From the NCBI GenBank assembly GCA_017409905.1, contig JAFQRV010000007.1, forward strand, positions 28,346 to 92,345: a stretch of 64,000 bases of DNA, in the 5' to 3' direction. The translations under genes and the position numbers were made by a program. Of the stretch, positions 9,210 to 17,964 are shown in pieces; the stretch's first letter is position 1; each line of letters starts with the position of its first letter. The notes below the pieces were generated by a model. That model worked only from the letters and a program-made list of their open reading frames with translations. It was not told where the DNA came from and did not search any database. This DNA comes from Bacilli bacterium (GTDB taxonomy: Bacteria > Bacillota_I > Bacilli_A > ML615J-28 > CAG-313).

Positions 9210-9647
9210 ATGCGTACTACATTTATGCAAACAAATGAATCAGTTGAACGTAAATGGTACATCGTAGACGCTACTGACTTAGTATTAGGTAGAATGGCTA
9301 CTGATGTTGCTGTCGTTTTAAAAGGTAAACACAAACCTACTTTTACACCACACATTGATGGTGGTGACTATGTTATTATCGTTAATGCAGAAAAAGTTGC
9401 TTTAACAGGTAGTAAATGGTCAATGAAGATGTACTATCGCCACAGCGGATATGCTGGTGGTTTAAAGACTCGTACAGCTACTGAAATGCTTGCTAAACAA
9501 CCACAAAAAATTGTTGAACAAGCTATTCGCGGAATGCTTCCAAAAGGTAAATTAGGAGATGACATGTATAGACGTTTATATGTTTATGTTGGATCTGAAC
9601 ATCCACATGCAGCTCAACAACCTGTAAGCCTTCCAAGAGTTAAATAG
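9210..9647 (+). CDS. rplM: 50S ribosomal protein L13
   Basis: RKWYIVDATDLVLGRMA...LKGKHKPTFTPH...GDYVIIVNAEK; RBS AGGAGG. Confidence 0.97.
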   Translation: MRTTFMQTNESVERKWYIVDATDLVLGRMATDVAVVLKGKHKPTFTPHIDGGDYVIIVNAEKVALTGSKWSMKMYYRHSGYAGGLKTRTATEMLAKQPQKIVEQAIRGMLPKGKLGDDMYRRLYVYVGSEHPHAAQQPVSLPRVK

Positions 9648-9659
9648 GAGGAATGAAAT

Positions 9660-10052
9660 ATGGAAAAAGTTCAATATCAAGCTACTGGTCGTCGTAAGAG
9701 CTCAGTTGCTCGCGTAAGAATGGTTCCTGGAACTGGTAAAATTGTGATTAATGATCGTAATTTTGCGGAATACATTCCATCTGCAGCTGTTCGTCTAGAT
9801 GTTCTTCAACCATTAACACTTACTGAAACTAGCACACAATATGACGTTATCGTTAACGTATGTGGTGGTGGTATCAGTGGACAAGCTGGTGCAATTCGTT
9901 TAGGTATTAGCCGTGCTTTATTATTAGTTAATCCGGATTTCCGTGGTCCATTAAAGAAGGCTGGTCTTCTTACTCGTGACCCTCGTTCTACAGAACGTAA
10001 GAAATACGGTCTTAAAAAAGCTCGTCGTGCACCTCAATTCTCAAAACGTTAA
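9660..10052 (+). CDS. rpsI: 30S ribosomal protein S9
   Basis: [12 protein letters not shown]...[19 protein letters not shown]...[26 protein letters not shown]. Confidence 0.97.
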   Translation: MEKVQYQATGRRKSSVARVRMVPGTGKIVINDRNFAEYIPSAAVRLDVLQPLTLTETSTQYDVIVNVCGGGISGQAGAIRLGISRALLLVNPDFRGPLKKAGLLTRDPRSTERKKYGLKKARRAPQFSKR

Positions 10053-10107
10053 TTTCTATTTGCGTAAAATTGAAGAGTATTTGTTACGACAAAATAAGTT
10101 GTTTTGT

Positions 10108-10137
10108 AAGGTCACAATTAATTGTGACCTTCTTTTA
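10108..10137 (+). terminator. intrinsic terminator after rpsI
   Basis: Stem AAGGTCACAATT / AATTGTGACCTT followed by CTTTT. Confidence 0.8.
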
Positions 10138-10156
10138 ATAAAAGAGGTATCTAATT

Positions 10157-11500
10157 ATGGAAATAAAAGTATATAATTCTTTAACTAATTCAATTGAACC
10201 ATTTAAAACTATTAAACCTAATGAATTATCTATGTATGTTTGTGGACCAACAGTTTATAATGATATTCATATTGGTAATGCAAGACCTGTAGTCTTTTTT
10301 GATACGGTCGCAAGATTCTTTAAAACACTTGGTTATAATGTGAAATATGTGTCAAACTTTACTGATATTGATGATAAAATCATTAAAAAAGCTAAAGAAG
10401 AAGGTTTAACTGAAAAAGAATTAGCAGAAAAATATATTGAAAGATATTTAAAAGTATGTAAAGACTTTAATTGTGAAGAAGTTTATAATCATCCAAGAGT
10501 AACTGAATGGATTAAAGAAATTACTCAATTTATTGAAGATTTGGTTAAACATAATTATGCTTATCAAGTTGGTGATAATGTATATTTTAGAGTTCATTCA
10601 TCTGATAAATATGGAATATTAAGTAATCAAAAGTTGGATGATTTAGAAGTTGGATCTAGAATTGACGTTGAAACAGACAAAGAAGATCCAAGAGATTTTG
10701 TACTTTGGAAATTAACAAGTGATGAAGGAATTAAATGGGATACACCATTTGGTAAAGGACGCCCAGGTTGGCATACTGAATGTTGTGTAATGATTGATAA
10801 AATCTTTGGCGGTCAAATTGATATTCATGGTGGAGGAAATGATTTAAAATTCCCACATCATGAAAATGAAATTGCTCAAGTTTATGCATTACATAATCAT
10901 TATATTGCAAATTATTGGATTCATAATGGACGTATTGATTTTAATAATGAAAAGATGAGCAAATCATTAGGAAATACTGTTGGTGCTCAAAAATTATTAG
11001 ATGAATATAACCATAATGCATGTAGATTAATGCTGATACAAAGCAATTATCGTCAAAATATTAATTTCACTTATGAATTAATGACACCAGCAGTTAATGA
11101 TTGGGAAAAAATGGAAAGAACTTATATTAGTTTATATCGCAATTTAGAATTATCTAATAGTATTAAGGAATGCGGATATGTTGAAAAATATCGTGAAGAA
11201 TTCTTAAGTGAAATGGGTAATGATTTTAATACACCAAATGCGATAACAGTTTTATATCAAGTATTAAAAGATATTAATGTTATTTTAAGACAAAAAGAAA
11301 AAGATATTGATTTATTAAATAAATATTTAAAAACATTAGATGAAATGTTTTATGTATTAGGACTTGTTCCAAAATTTAATAAATTAAATGCTGAAGAAAA
11401 AGAACTAGTTCAAAAGTGGCAAAAAGCAAGAAATGATAGAGATTTTGCTTTGGCAGATGAATTGAGAAAGACAATAACTGAAAAAGGAATAGTACTTTAA
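10157..11500 (+). CDS. cysS: cysteine--tRNA ligase
   Basis: MYVCGPTVYNDIHIGNARP (HIGN as in Bacillus CysRS), GWHTECC, KMSKSLGN. Confidence 0.95.
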   Translation: MEIKVYNSLTNSIEPFKTIKPNELSMYVCGPTVYNDIHIGNARPVVFFDTVARFFKTLGYNVKYVSNFTDIDDKIIKKAKEEGLTEKELAEKYIERYLKVCKDFNCEEVYNHPRVTEWIKEITQFIEDLVKHNYAYQVGDNVYFRVHSSDKYGILSNQKLDDLEVGSRIDVETDKEDPRDFVLWKLTSDEGIKWDTPFGKGRPGWHTECCVMIDKIFGGQIDIHGGGNDLKFPHHENEIAQVYALHNHYIANYWIHNGRIDFNNEKMSKSLGNTVGAQKLLDEYNHNACRLMLIQSNYRQNINFTYELMTPAVNDWEKMERTYISLYRNLELSNSIKECGYVEKYREEFLSEMGNDFNTPNAITVLYQVLKDINVILRQKEKDIDLLNKYLKTLDEMFYVLGLVPKFNKLNAEEKELVQKWQKARNDRDFALADELRKTITEKGIVL

Positions 11501-11904
11501 TGGTTGATTTGAAGGCAAATTGTCATTTAATGAATGGTGCAGATCTTGCTTATGTAGGTGATGCATACTATGAATTAATGATAAGAAAATATTTGTTATC
11601 GAAAGGCATAACAAAAAACAAAGAATTACAAAAAAAGAGCATAATGTATGTAACTGCACATGCTCATCAAATTATTTGTGATAGTATACTTTCTACTTTT
11701 ACAGCAGAAGAGTTAAATGTATTTAAAAGGGGGAGAAATGGTGCTCCTCATAATCATCGTAAAAATTTAAATTACGCTGAATATGGAACATCTACTGGAT
11801 TTGAAGCTGTGATAGGTTATTGGTATTTAAAAGAAAATTTTGATAGATTAAGAGAAATTATTGAATTATCTATTAAAATTGTGGAGGAAAAAATCAATGA
11901 GTAA
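11500..11904 (+). CDS. mrnC: Mini-ribonuclease 3
   Basis: LAYVGDAYYELMIRKYL...RGRN...YGTSTGFEAVIGYWYL. TAATG overlap with cysS. B. subtilis yazC position. Confidence 0.85.
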   Translation: MVDLKANCHLMNGADLAYVGDAYYELMIRKYLLSKGITKNKELQKKSIMYVTAHAHQIICDSILSTFTAEELNVFKRGRNGAPHNHRKNLNYAEYGTSTGFEAVIGYWYLKENFDRLREIIELSIKIVEEKINE

Positions 11905-12619
11905 AACAGTGAATGTTTTTGGGAAAAACGCCATAAGAGAAGTATTAAAAGGGTCAAGAAAAGTTGAAAAAATTATTTTTTGTGATTCAATAAATGATAA
12001 TGAAATTATCAATTTAGCTAAAACTAAAAAGATATTCGTTCAATCTAAAAATAAAAAAGCATTTATTTCAGAATATGGTGATAAAACTGGTGGTATTGTT
12101 GCGGTAGTAGAGGACTATCAATACGTCGAATTACATGATTTGATTAATAAAAATCAAGATAAAGAAGATGTAGTATTTTTGATTTTAGATGGTTTAGAAG
12201 ATCCACACAATTTAGGAGCGATATTAAGAAGTGTCGATGCGACTGGCTGCAATGGAGTAATTATTCCTAAAAATAGAAGTGTTAAACTTAATGAAACTGT
12301 TGTAAAAGTATCAACAGGAGCCATTGAACACGTCGATGTTTCGATGGTTACAAACTTAAATCAAACAATTTCTGAGTTAAAAGAATCAGGATACTGGGTT
12401 TATGGATTAGAATTGACTGGTAGTATTGATTATAAAGAAGCAAATTATAAAGGTAAAATTGCAATAGTTGTAGGCTCAGAAGGGAAGGGAATATCACAAC
12501 TTGTTCAAAAAAATTGTGATACCTTGATTAAAATACCAATGTATGGGAAAGTAAATTCTTTAAATGCATCTGTTAGTGCAGGAATTATACTATATGAGGC
12601 AATAAGACATAGGGGGTAA
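11897..12619 (+). CDS. rlmB: 23S rRNA (guanosine-2'-O)-methyltransferase RlmB (TrmH/SpoU family)
   Basis: ATG at 11897 follows GGAGGA; the ORF-track start at 11861 has no RBS. SpoU motifs GLEDPHNLGAILRS, VVGSEGKGIS, IPMYGKVNSLNASVSAGIILYE. Confidence 0.85.
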   Translation: MSKTVNVFGKNAIREVLKGSRKVEKIIFCDSINDNEIINLAKTKKIFVQSKNKKAFISEYGDKTGGIVAVVEDYQYVELHDLINKNQDKEDVVFLILDGLEDPHNLGAILRSVDATGCNGVIIPKNRSVKLNETVVKVSTGAIEHVDVSMVTNLNQTISELKESGYWVYGLELTGSIDYKEANYKGKIAIVVGSEGKGISQLVQKNCDTLIKIPMYGKVNSLNASVSAGIILYEAIRHRG

Positions 12620-12620
12620 A

Positions 12621-13172
12621 ATGGATAAAAAAATCTATTTTGAAAACGATAATGAGTTATTATATCTTATAAAAAATCATGATGAAGAAGCATTGGAAAT
12701 AATGTTTAAAAAATATGAAAATTTAATATATAGTAAAATTTTAAAGTATCGTTTTCCGCTTAATGCAATCGAAGATTATTTACAAGAAGGACGTATGGCA
12801 TTGTTAAAGGCAATTGAAACTTATCAAGAAAGTTATGAAAAAACCTTTACCCGCTATTTTGAATTAGTTTTACAAAATCGATTTAATACTTTGTATCAAG
12901 AAAATAAGAAGTACTATAATTCAATAGTCCTTGTAGAAAATGATACACTTGATATAAATGTAAAAAATAATAAGAATGAAAATAAAGATATGATGATTGA
13001 TATTGATAACTTATCTGATTTTGAAAAAACTATATTTAATTTATATTATTTAAATAATTGTTCAATCGAAGATATTGCTGAAACTATAAAAATGACCCCT
13101 AAACAAGTGTATAATTCAATATATAGGGTTAAGAAAAAAATCCAAAAAGAGATAGTTAAGAATAATAAATAG
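12621..13172 (+). CDS. sigH: sigma-70 family RNA polymerase sigma factor, SigH-like by position
   Basis: Region 2 ([16 protein letters not shown]) and region 4 HTH ([28 protein letters not shown]). It occupies the sigH slot between rlmB and rpmG. Confidence 0.65.
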   Translation: MDKKIYFENDNELLYLIKNHDEEALEIMFKKYENLIYSKILKYRFPLNAIEDYLQEGRMALLKAIETYQESYEKTFTRYFELVLQNRFNTLYQENKKYYNSIVLVENDTLDINVKNNKNENKDMMIDIDNLSDFEKTIFNLYYLNNCSIEDIAETIKMTPKQVYNSIYRVKKKIQKEIVKNNK

Positions 13173-13228
13173 TTATTCATTTGACAAAATTGAAGTTTTT
13201 TGATAAAATTATGAAAGCAGGTGGTATA

Positions 13229-13378
13229 ATGAGAGAAAAGGTAATTTTAGTTTGTGAAGATTGTCTATCACGCAACTATACAACCGAAAAAAACAAATTA
13301 AATACTGCTAAGAGAGTAGTAATAAAAAAATATTGTCCTAGATGTAACAAACATACTGTACACAAGGAAACAAAGTAG
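13229..13378 (+). CDS. rpmG: 50S ribosomal protein L33 (zinc-ribbon form)
   Basis: ATG at 13229 after [29 protein letters not shown]...[15 protein letters not shown] with CxxC...CxxC. Confidence 0.9.
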   Translation: MREKVILVCEDCLSRNYTTEKNKLNTAKRVVIKKYCPRCNKHTVHKETK

Positions 13379-13389
13379 GAGGAATTCAC

Positions 13390-13899
13390 ATGAGTGAAGA
13401 AAAAGTTGTTGTTCAACAAGAAGAAGTAGTTGATAAAAAAGCATTAAGAGCAAAAGCTAAAGCAGAAAAGAAAGCTGCCAAGGCTGCAAAACGTGCTGAA
13501 GAAGGTGAAAAACCACATAGAATTTTAGATTTCTTATCTAAAGAATATAAAGGTGAAAACATTGTAATGCTAATTTTAGCATTATTTGCAATCGTTTTAG
13601 GTGTATTAATTGTTAATGGTACTTTAGCAATTAATGAAGAAAAGTATTTCCTAATTGGTTATGCTCAAGGTAAATTATTTGCTTGGATCTTAATTGGTCT
13701 TGCTGTAATTTCATTAGCATTCGTAGTTATTCCTTTCTTCCGCCCATCATTCTCAGAAATTAAACATTTAAAAGGTTTATCAAAAGTTGATTTCTTATTA
13801 AATGTAGCACGTACATTTGTATTTATTCTTTTAATGTGTGTATTTTTCTTCTTATGCGATTTAGGATTAAATCCTTTAATGGAATTAATTAAGGCATAA
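13390..13899 (+). CDS. secE: preprotein translocase subunit SecE, long form with N-terminal extension
   Basis: Lies between rpmG and nusG. The C-terminal ~55 aa (FSEIKHLKGLSKVDFLLNVARTFVFILLMCVFFFLCDLGLNPLMELI) resemble canonical SecE. The N-terminal ~115 aa add a K/A/E-rich segment and two more hydrophobic helices. Confidence 0.6.
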   Translation: MSEEKVVVQQEEVVDKKALRAKAKAEKKAAKAAKRAEEGEKPHRILDFLSKEYKGENIVMLILALFAIVLGVLIVNGTLAINEEKYFLIGYAQGKLFAWILIGLAVISLAFVVIPFFRPSFSEIKHLKGLSKVDFLLNVARTFVFILLMCVFFFLCDLGLNPLMELIKA

Positions 13900-13900
13900 T

Positions 13901-14446
13901 ATGGATTACGAAAACGAAAGAGCTTGGTACGTAATACAATCATATTCAGGATGTGAAAATGCGGCTAAGAGTTATCTTGAAAGACGTATTAAATCATTGA
14001 ATATGGAAAATTACATTTTTCAAGTATTAATTCCTGAAACTGTACATACAGAAAAGAAGAAAAATGGTGAAACAAAAGAAGTAGTTGAAAAAATATATCC
14101 AGGATATATTTTTGTAGATATGATTGTTACTGATGAATCATGGTTTGTTGTACGTAACACTCCAATGGTTACAGGTTTCTTAGGATCAAGTGGTGGTGGT
14201 GCTAAACCGGTTCCTCTATCTGATGAAGAAATCATACCTGTATTAAAACAATGCGGTATCTCAATTGAAACTAATGTTAAATTTAAAGTTGGAGATGAAG
14301 TACAAATTTTAAATGGTAACTTTGCTGGTCAAGTTGGTACTGTTGAAAGTATTAATGTCGAAGAAAGAATAGTTACAGTCCTTGTGGATTTCTTTGGAAG
14401 ACAAACTCCAACAGAAGTTAGTTTTGACGAAATTAAAGTATTATAA
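13901..14446 (+). CDS. nusG: transcription termination/antitermination factor NusG
   Basis: WYVIQSYSGCENAAK...YPGYIFVDM...TPMVTGFLG... with a KOW motif (GDEVQILNGNFAGQVGTV). Confidence 0.95.
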   Translation: MDYENERAWYVIQSYSGCENAAKSYLERRIKSLNMENYIFQVLIPETVHTEKKKNGETKEVVEKIYPGYIFVDMIVTDESWFVVRNTPMVTGFLGSSGGGAKPVPLSDEEIIPVLKQCGISIETNVKFKVGDEVQILNGNFAGQVGTVESINVEERIVTVLVDFFGRQTPTEVSFDEIKVL

Positions 14447-14467
14447 AAGCTGCGATGCGGCTTTTTT
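14447..14467 (+). terminator. intrinsic terminator after nusG
   Basis: AAGCTGC GAT GCGGCTT stem followed by TTTTT. Confidence 0.6.
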
Positions 14468-14577
14468 ATTTTGTTTATTTTAGGAAAAAATCATTAAGTA
14501 AAAAATATGTTTTGGTTTTAAAAAATATAGTAAATAAAAGTTTGGAGTTAAATACATAGAATTTAAAATTAATTTTC

Positions 14578-14606
14578 TTGACATTTGAACAAAGTTATAG
14601 TATAAT
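14578..14606 (+). promoter_or_regulatory. sigma-A type promoter of rplK-rplA
   Basis: TTGACA (14578-14583), 17-nt spacer, TATAAT (14601-14606). Confidence 0.65.
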
Positions 14607-14663
14607 AATAGACGCGTGCAATGACAAGTGCGTATACTATTTAGGTTTAAAACCAAAAAAAGA

Positions 14664-14703
14664 GTGGGAGAAATTAAAATAAGTTAATTTCAATGAACCA
14701 CAT
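14664..14703 (+). promoter_or_regulatory. candidate L1-binding leader hairpin upstream of rplK
   Basis: GTGGGAG ... CCACAT (stem GTGG/CCAC) ends 10 nt before the rplK SD (AAGGAGG). It shares both motifs with the element at 15230-15258. Confidence 0.35.
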
Positions 14704-14728
14704 CACGGACAATAAGGAGGTGCGTCTC

Positions 14729-15157
14729 GTGGCTGAAAAGAAAGTTAAAAAGGTCGTAAAACTCCAAATTCAAGCTGGTAAGGCAAACCCAGCTCCACCA
14801 GTTGGACCAGTTTTAGGGCAAGCACAAGTTAACATCCAACAATTCTGTGTACAATTTAATGATCGTACAAAAGATATGGTTGGAAATATTATTCCAGTTG
14901 TAATCACTGTTTATGAAGACCGTTCATTTACATTTATTACAAAAACTCCACCAGCATCAGATTTGCTTAAAAAAGCAGCAGGTGTTAAATCAGGTTCTGG
15001 TAAACCTAACAAAACTAAAGTTGGTACTATTACAAGAGAACAACTATTAGAAATTGCTAAGATTAAATTACCTGACTTAAACGCTTATGATGTTGAAGCA
15101 GCTGCTCGTATCGTTGAAGGTACAGCACGTAACATGGGAATCGTTGTAGAAGGGTAA
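14729..15157 (+). CDS. rplK: 50S ribosomal protein L11
   Basis: GTG start 8 nt after AAGGAGG; the track ATG at 14693 has no [24 protein letters not shown]...FITKTPPAS. Confidence 0.95.
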   Translation: MAEKKVKKVVKLQIQAGKANPAPPVGPVLGQAQVNIQQFCVQFNDRTKDMVGNIIPVVITVYEDRSFTFITKTPPASDLLKKAAGVKSGSGKPNKTKVGTITREQLLEIAKIKLPDLNAYDVEAAARIVEGTARNMGIVVEG

Positions 15158-15229
15158 GTTAGGGTAACTTATCGACTTTAACAATATAGATTGACCATTT
15201 TTGAATATGAAAATGAGTCCATCTAAAAT

Positions 15230-15258
15230 TGTGGGAGGAGATTCCGTTATTAACCACA
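15230..15258 (+). promoter_or_regulatory. second candidate L1-binding hairpin, in the rplK-rplA spacer
   Basis: TGTGGGAGGAGATTCCGTTATTAACCACA (stem TGTGG/CCACA) lies immediately before the rplA SD (TAGGAGG). The 120-nt spacer is unusually long for this gene pair. Confidence 0.35.
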
Positions 15259-15277
15259 TTTAGGAGGAAAAGGAAAT

Positions 15278-15973
15278 ATGAAAAGAGGAAAAAAATATCA
15301 AGAAGCGTTAAAACTTATTGATCGTACTCAAAAGTATCCTTTAACAGAAGCTTTAGAGTTATTAAAGAAAGTAAGTTACGCTAAATTTGATGCAACTGTA
15401 GAAATTGCATTTAGATTAAATATCGATCCACGTAAAGCTGATCAAAATCTTCGTGGTGCTATTTCATTACCAAATGGAACAGGCCGTACAGTACGTGTAT
15501 TAGTTATCGCTAAAGATGCAAAAGCTAAGGAAGCTTTAGCTGCTGGTGCTGACTATGCAGGTGATGTTGAATACTTAGATAAGATTAAAGCTGGTTGGTT
15601 TGAATTTGATACATTAATTGCTACACCTGATATGATGGGTGAATTAGGTAAATTAGGACGTGTTTTAGGTCCTAAAGGATTAATGCCTAACCCAAAAACA
15701 GGTACTGTAACAATGGAAATTGAAAAAACAGTTAAAGAATTTAAAGCTGGTAAAGTAGAATATCGTACAGATAAAGCTGGTAACATTTTAGTTCCAGTTG
15801 GAAAAGTTTCTTTCGAAAGTGCTAAATTAGCTGAAAATATGGCTGCTGTTTACAATCAACTTTTACGTGTTAAACCTTCAACAATTAAAGGTGTATACAT
15901 GGAAAATGTTGCTATTACAGCTACTATGGCTCCTGGAATCAAAGTTGCTCCAGAAACTATTAGTGCAAAATAA
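15278..15973 (+). CDS. rplA: 50S ribosomal protein L1
   Basis: KRGKKY...[24 protein letters not shown]...LPNGTG...[15 protein letters not shown]. Confidence 0.97.
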   Translation: MKRGKKYQEALKLIDRTQKYPLTEALELLKKVSYAKFDATVEIAFRLNIDPRKADQNLRGAISLPNGTGRTVRVLVIAKDAKAKEALAAGADYAGDVEYLDKIKAGWFEFDTLIATPDMMGELGKLGRVLGPKGLMPNPKTGTVTMEIEKTVKEFKAGKVEYRTDKAGNILVPVGKVSFESAKLAENMAAVYNQLLRVKPSTIKGVYMENVAITATMAPGIKVAPETISAK

Positions 15974-16028
15974 TTAATATAAAATAAAATTAGATAAATA
16001 ATAATATTTAAATAGTATATAAAAAAAA

Positions 16029-16100
16029 GTCACTGCCGTAGACAGTAGGTGAAAAAAATATTTTTTCTTAATTTCCTACCGAGGAATTAAATCCGAAAAT
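16029..16100 (+). ncRNA. candidate L10 (rplJ) leader
   Basis: GTCACTGCCGTAGACAGTAGGTG ... TTCCTACCGAGGAA upstream of rplJ. AGTAGG/CCTACC pairing and the CGTAGACAGTAGGTG core resemble the Firmicute L10 leader as I remember it. No covariance model was run. Confidence 0.45.
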
Positions 16101-16118
16101 TTTCAGGAGGTGAAAACA

Positions 16119-16604
16119 ATGAATGAAGCGACTATCGCTAAAAAACAAAATGAAGTGAATACTGTCGTAGAACTAATGAAAGATGCGGGTTCACTATTAT
16201 TCGTTGATTACCTAGGATTAACTGTAGCTGAAGTTTCTGAATTAAGAACTAAGTTACATGCTGAAAACTGTCAAATGAAAGTTATTAAAAATAACATTTT
16301 ACGTCGTGCCGCCGCTGAAGTGGGATACGATCTACCAGCTGAAAATTTCATTGGACCATCTGCTGCAATCTTCTCAACAGACGAAGTTACTGGTGCAAAG
16401 ATTGCTTATGATTTTGCAAAAGGTCATCAAAAATTCTCAGTTAAGGGTGGGGTTGTAGAAAGCAAAGCTATGAGTGCTGATGAACTAAAAGTTTTATCAA
16501 CATTACCAAACAAAGATGGTATGATCTCAATGTTATTAAGCGTAATGCAAGCTCCTATTCGCGGTCTTGCTTGTGCTATTAAAGCAGTTTCAGAAAAAGA
16601 GTAA
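16119..16604 (+). CDS. rplJ: 50S ribosomal protein L10
   Basis: ATG at 16119 after AGGAGGTG. The track start at 16110 is the GTG inside the SD. Confidence 0.95.
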   Translation: MNEATIAKKQNEVNTVVELMKDAGSLLFVDYLGLTVAEVSELRTKLHAENCQMKVIKNNILRRAAAEVGYDLPAENFIGPSAAIFSTDEVTGAKIAYDFAKGHQKFSVKGGVVESKAMSADELKVLSTLPNKDGMISMLLSVMQAPIRGLACAIKAVSEKE

Positions 16605-16627
16605 TTATATTAGGAGGAATAAACGAA

Positions 16628-16999
16628 ATGGCAAAATTAAATAAAGAAGAATTTATCGCTGCGATTAAAGAAATGAGCGTTCTTGAACTTAACGAATTAG
16701 TTAAGGCTATTGAAGAAGAATTTGGTGTAACTGCTGCTGCTCCTGTAGCTGTAGCTGCTGCTGCTGCAGTAGAAGAAGCTGCTGGACCAAGTGAAGTTAG
16801 TGTTATCTTAACTTCTGCAGGTCAAGCTAAACTTGGCGTAATCAAACTAGTTAAAGAAATCACTGGTTTAGGATTAAAAGAAGCTAAAGAATTAGTTGAC
16901 GGTGCTCCAAAAGCTGTTAAAGAAAAGATCACTCCAGAAGAAGCTGAACAAATCAAAGCTAAATTAGTTGAAGCCGGCGCTGAAGTTGAAATTAAATAG
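16628..16999 (+). CDS. rplL: 50S ribosomal protein L7/L12
   Basis: Ala-rich hinge [16 protein letters not shown]-terminal domain [28 protein letters not shown]. Confidence 0.97.
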   Translation: MAKLNKEEFIAAIKEMSVLELNELVKAIEEEFGVTAAAPVAVAAAAAVEEAAGPSEVSVILTSAGQAKLGVIKLVKEITGLGLKEAKELVDGAPKAVKEKITPEEAEQIKAKLVEAGAEVEIK

Positions 17000-17035
17000 T
17001 TTCAATCGCAAAGAAAACTGATAAATTAAAAAAAG

Positions 17036-17063
17036 AAAAATCCCAGGGTAATACCTGGGATTT
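17036..17063 (+). terminator. intrinsic terminator or attenuator after rplL
   Basis: Stem TCCCAGG / CCTGGGA, loop GTAATA, short T-run. Confidence 0.6.
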
Positions 17064-17085
17064 AAGTCTATTTGAGGTGCTAATT

Positions 17086-17679
17086 ATGAGCAAACAATAT
17101 TTTGAAAACAATCCTGAATTATCTTCAAAACCATTTTATATTTCTTTTTATTTTAGAAAAAACAATTTAAAATTTAAAAGTGATAACGGTGTATTTTCTA
17201 AAAGAGCTGTTGATTTTGGCTCAAACTTATTATTAAAAAGTGTTGAAGTTTTAGAAGATGATTCAATATTGGATGTTGGTTGTGGAATAGGGATTATAGG
17301 TATAACACTCGCAAAATGTAATCCTTCAAGTTTTGTTGAAATGATTGATGTAAATAAAAGAGCGATGGAATTAGCAAGAAATAATTGCTTGGAAAATAAT
17401 GTGAAAAATGCCTTAGTATTTGAAAGCAACACCTATGAGAATGTTGAAAAAAAATACTCTTTGATAATTTCTAATCCACCAATTAGAGCTGGAAAGAAAG
17501 TAGTGCATGATATACTTTTAAACTCGATAAAATATTTAAAGGAAAATGGAAGAATGTACTGTGTTATTCAAAAAAAACAAGGAGCTGAATCTGCATTAAG
17601 AGCATTGAAAGAAGTGTTTCCAAAAGTTGAAGTGATTGAAAAAGATAATGGTTACTATATAATTAAATGTACTAAATAA
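17086..17679 (+). CDS. class I SAM-dependent methyltransferase, YbxB/RsmC-like
   Basis: ATG at 17086 after GAGGTG. ILDVGCGIGIIG (motif I) and IISNPPIRAG (NPP motif of N-methyltransferases). It occupies the ybxB slot between rplL and rpoB. Confidence 0.7.
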   Translation: MSKQYFENNPELSSKPFYISFYFRKNNLKFKSDNGVFSKRAVDFGSNLLLKSVEVLEDDSILDVGCGIGIIGITLAKCNPSSFVEMIDVNKRAMELARNNCLENNVKNALVFESNTYENVEKKYSLIISNPPIRAGKKVVHDILLNSIKYLKENGRMYCVIQKKQGAESALRALKEVFPKVEVIEKDNGYYIIKCTK

Positions 17680-17710
17680 TAGGAAAAAATTTCTAAATAA
17701 AAAAATAATA

Positions 17711-17747
17711 AAGTAAGTTTTAGATTTAAAAAAAACTTACTTTTTTT
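17711..17747 (+). terminator. intrinsic terminator
   Basis: Stem AAGTAAGTTTT / AAAACTTACTT followed by TTTTT. Confidence 0.75.
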
Positions 17748-17878
17748 GTTTCTTATGTGTAACCAAAAAAAGGAATAAAAAAGTGTCAAAAAATAAGGCA
17801 ATAAGATAAAAAATAAAGAATATTTGGTAGAAAAAATTATTAAAATTTTATTATTTATTAAAAAAATATATTTTTTGC

Positions 17879-17907
17879 TTGACAAAAAAGTCAAAATAAC
17901 CTATAAT
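17879..17907 (+). promoter_or_regulatory. sigma-A type promoter of rpoB-rpoC
   Basis: TTGACA (17879-17884), 17-nt spacer, TATAAT (17902-17907). Preceded by ~100 nt of phased A/T tracts. Confidence 0.65.
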
Positions 17908-17964
17908 ATATTGATATGTTATAATCGGAAAATTTTCGTTTTCTGAGGAAAGGTGGATTTAAAC

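Noticed and set aside
15206-15259. 17-codon ORF ([18 protein letters not shown]) in the rplK-rplA spacer as a leader peptide
   Set aside because: No SD precedes it. The region is better explained by the GTGGGAG/CCACA hairpin.
4345-17432. Other shadow ORFs listed in the track (for example 4345-4545, 7802-8218, 8081-8287, 8348-8557, 8909-9127, 9976-10176, 11405-11659, 13665-13943, 14020-14235, 15077-15259, 15553-15786, 17148-17432)
   Set aside because: Each overlaps a confidently identified gene on the other strand or frame, or spans a terminator.
17655-17894. 79-aa minus-strand ORF in the methyltransferase-rpoB spacer
   Set aside because: It lies in A/T-tract intergenic DNA that contains a terminator and the rpoB promoter. 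It has a low-complexity F/L/I/K composition and no SD.
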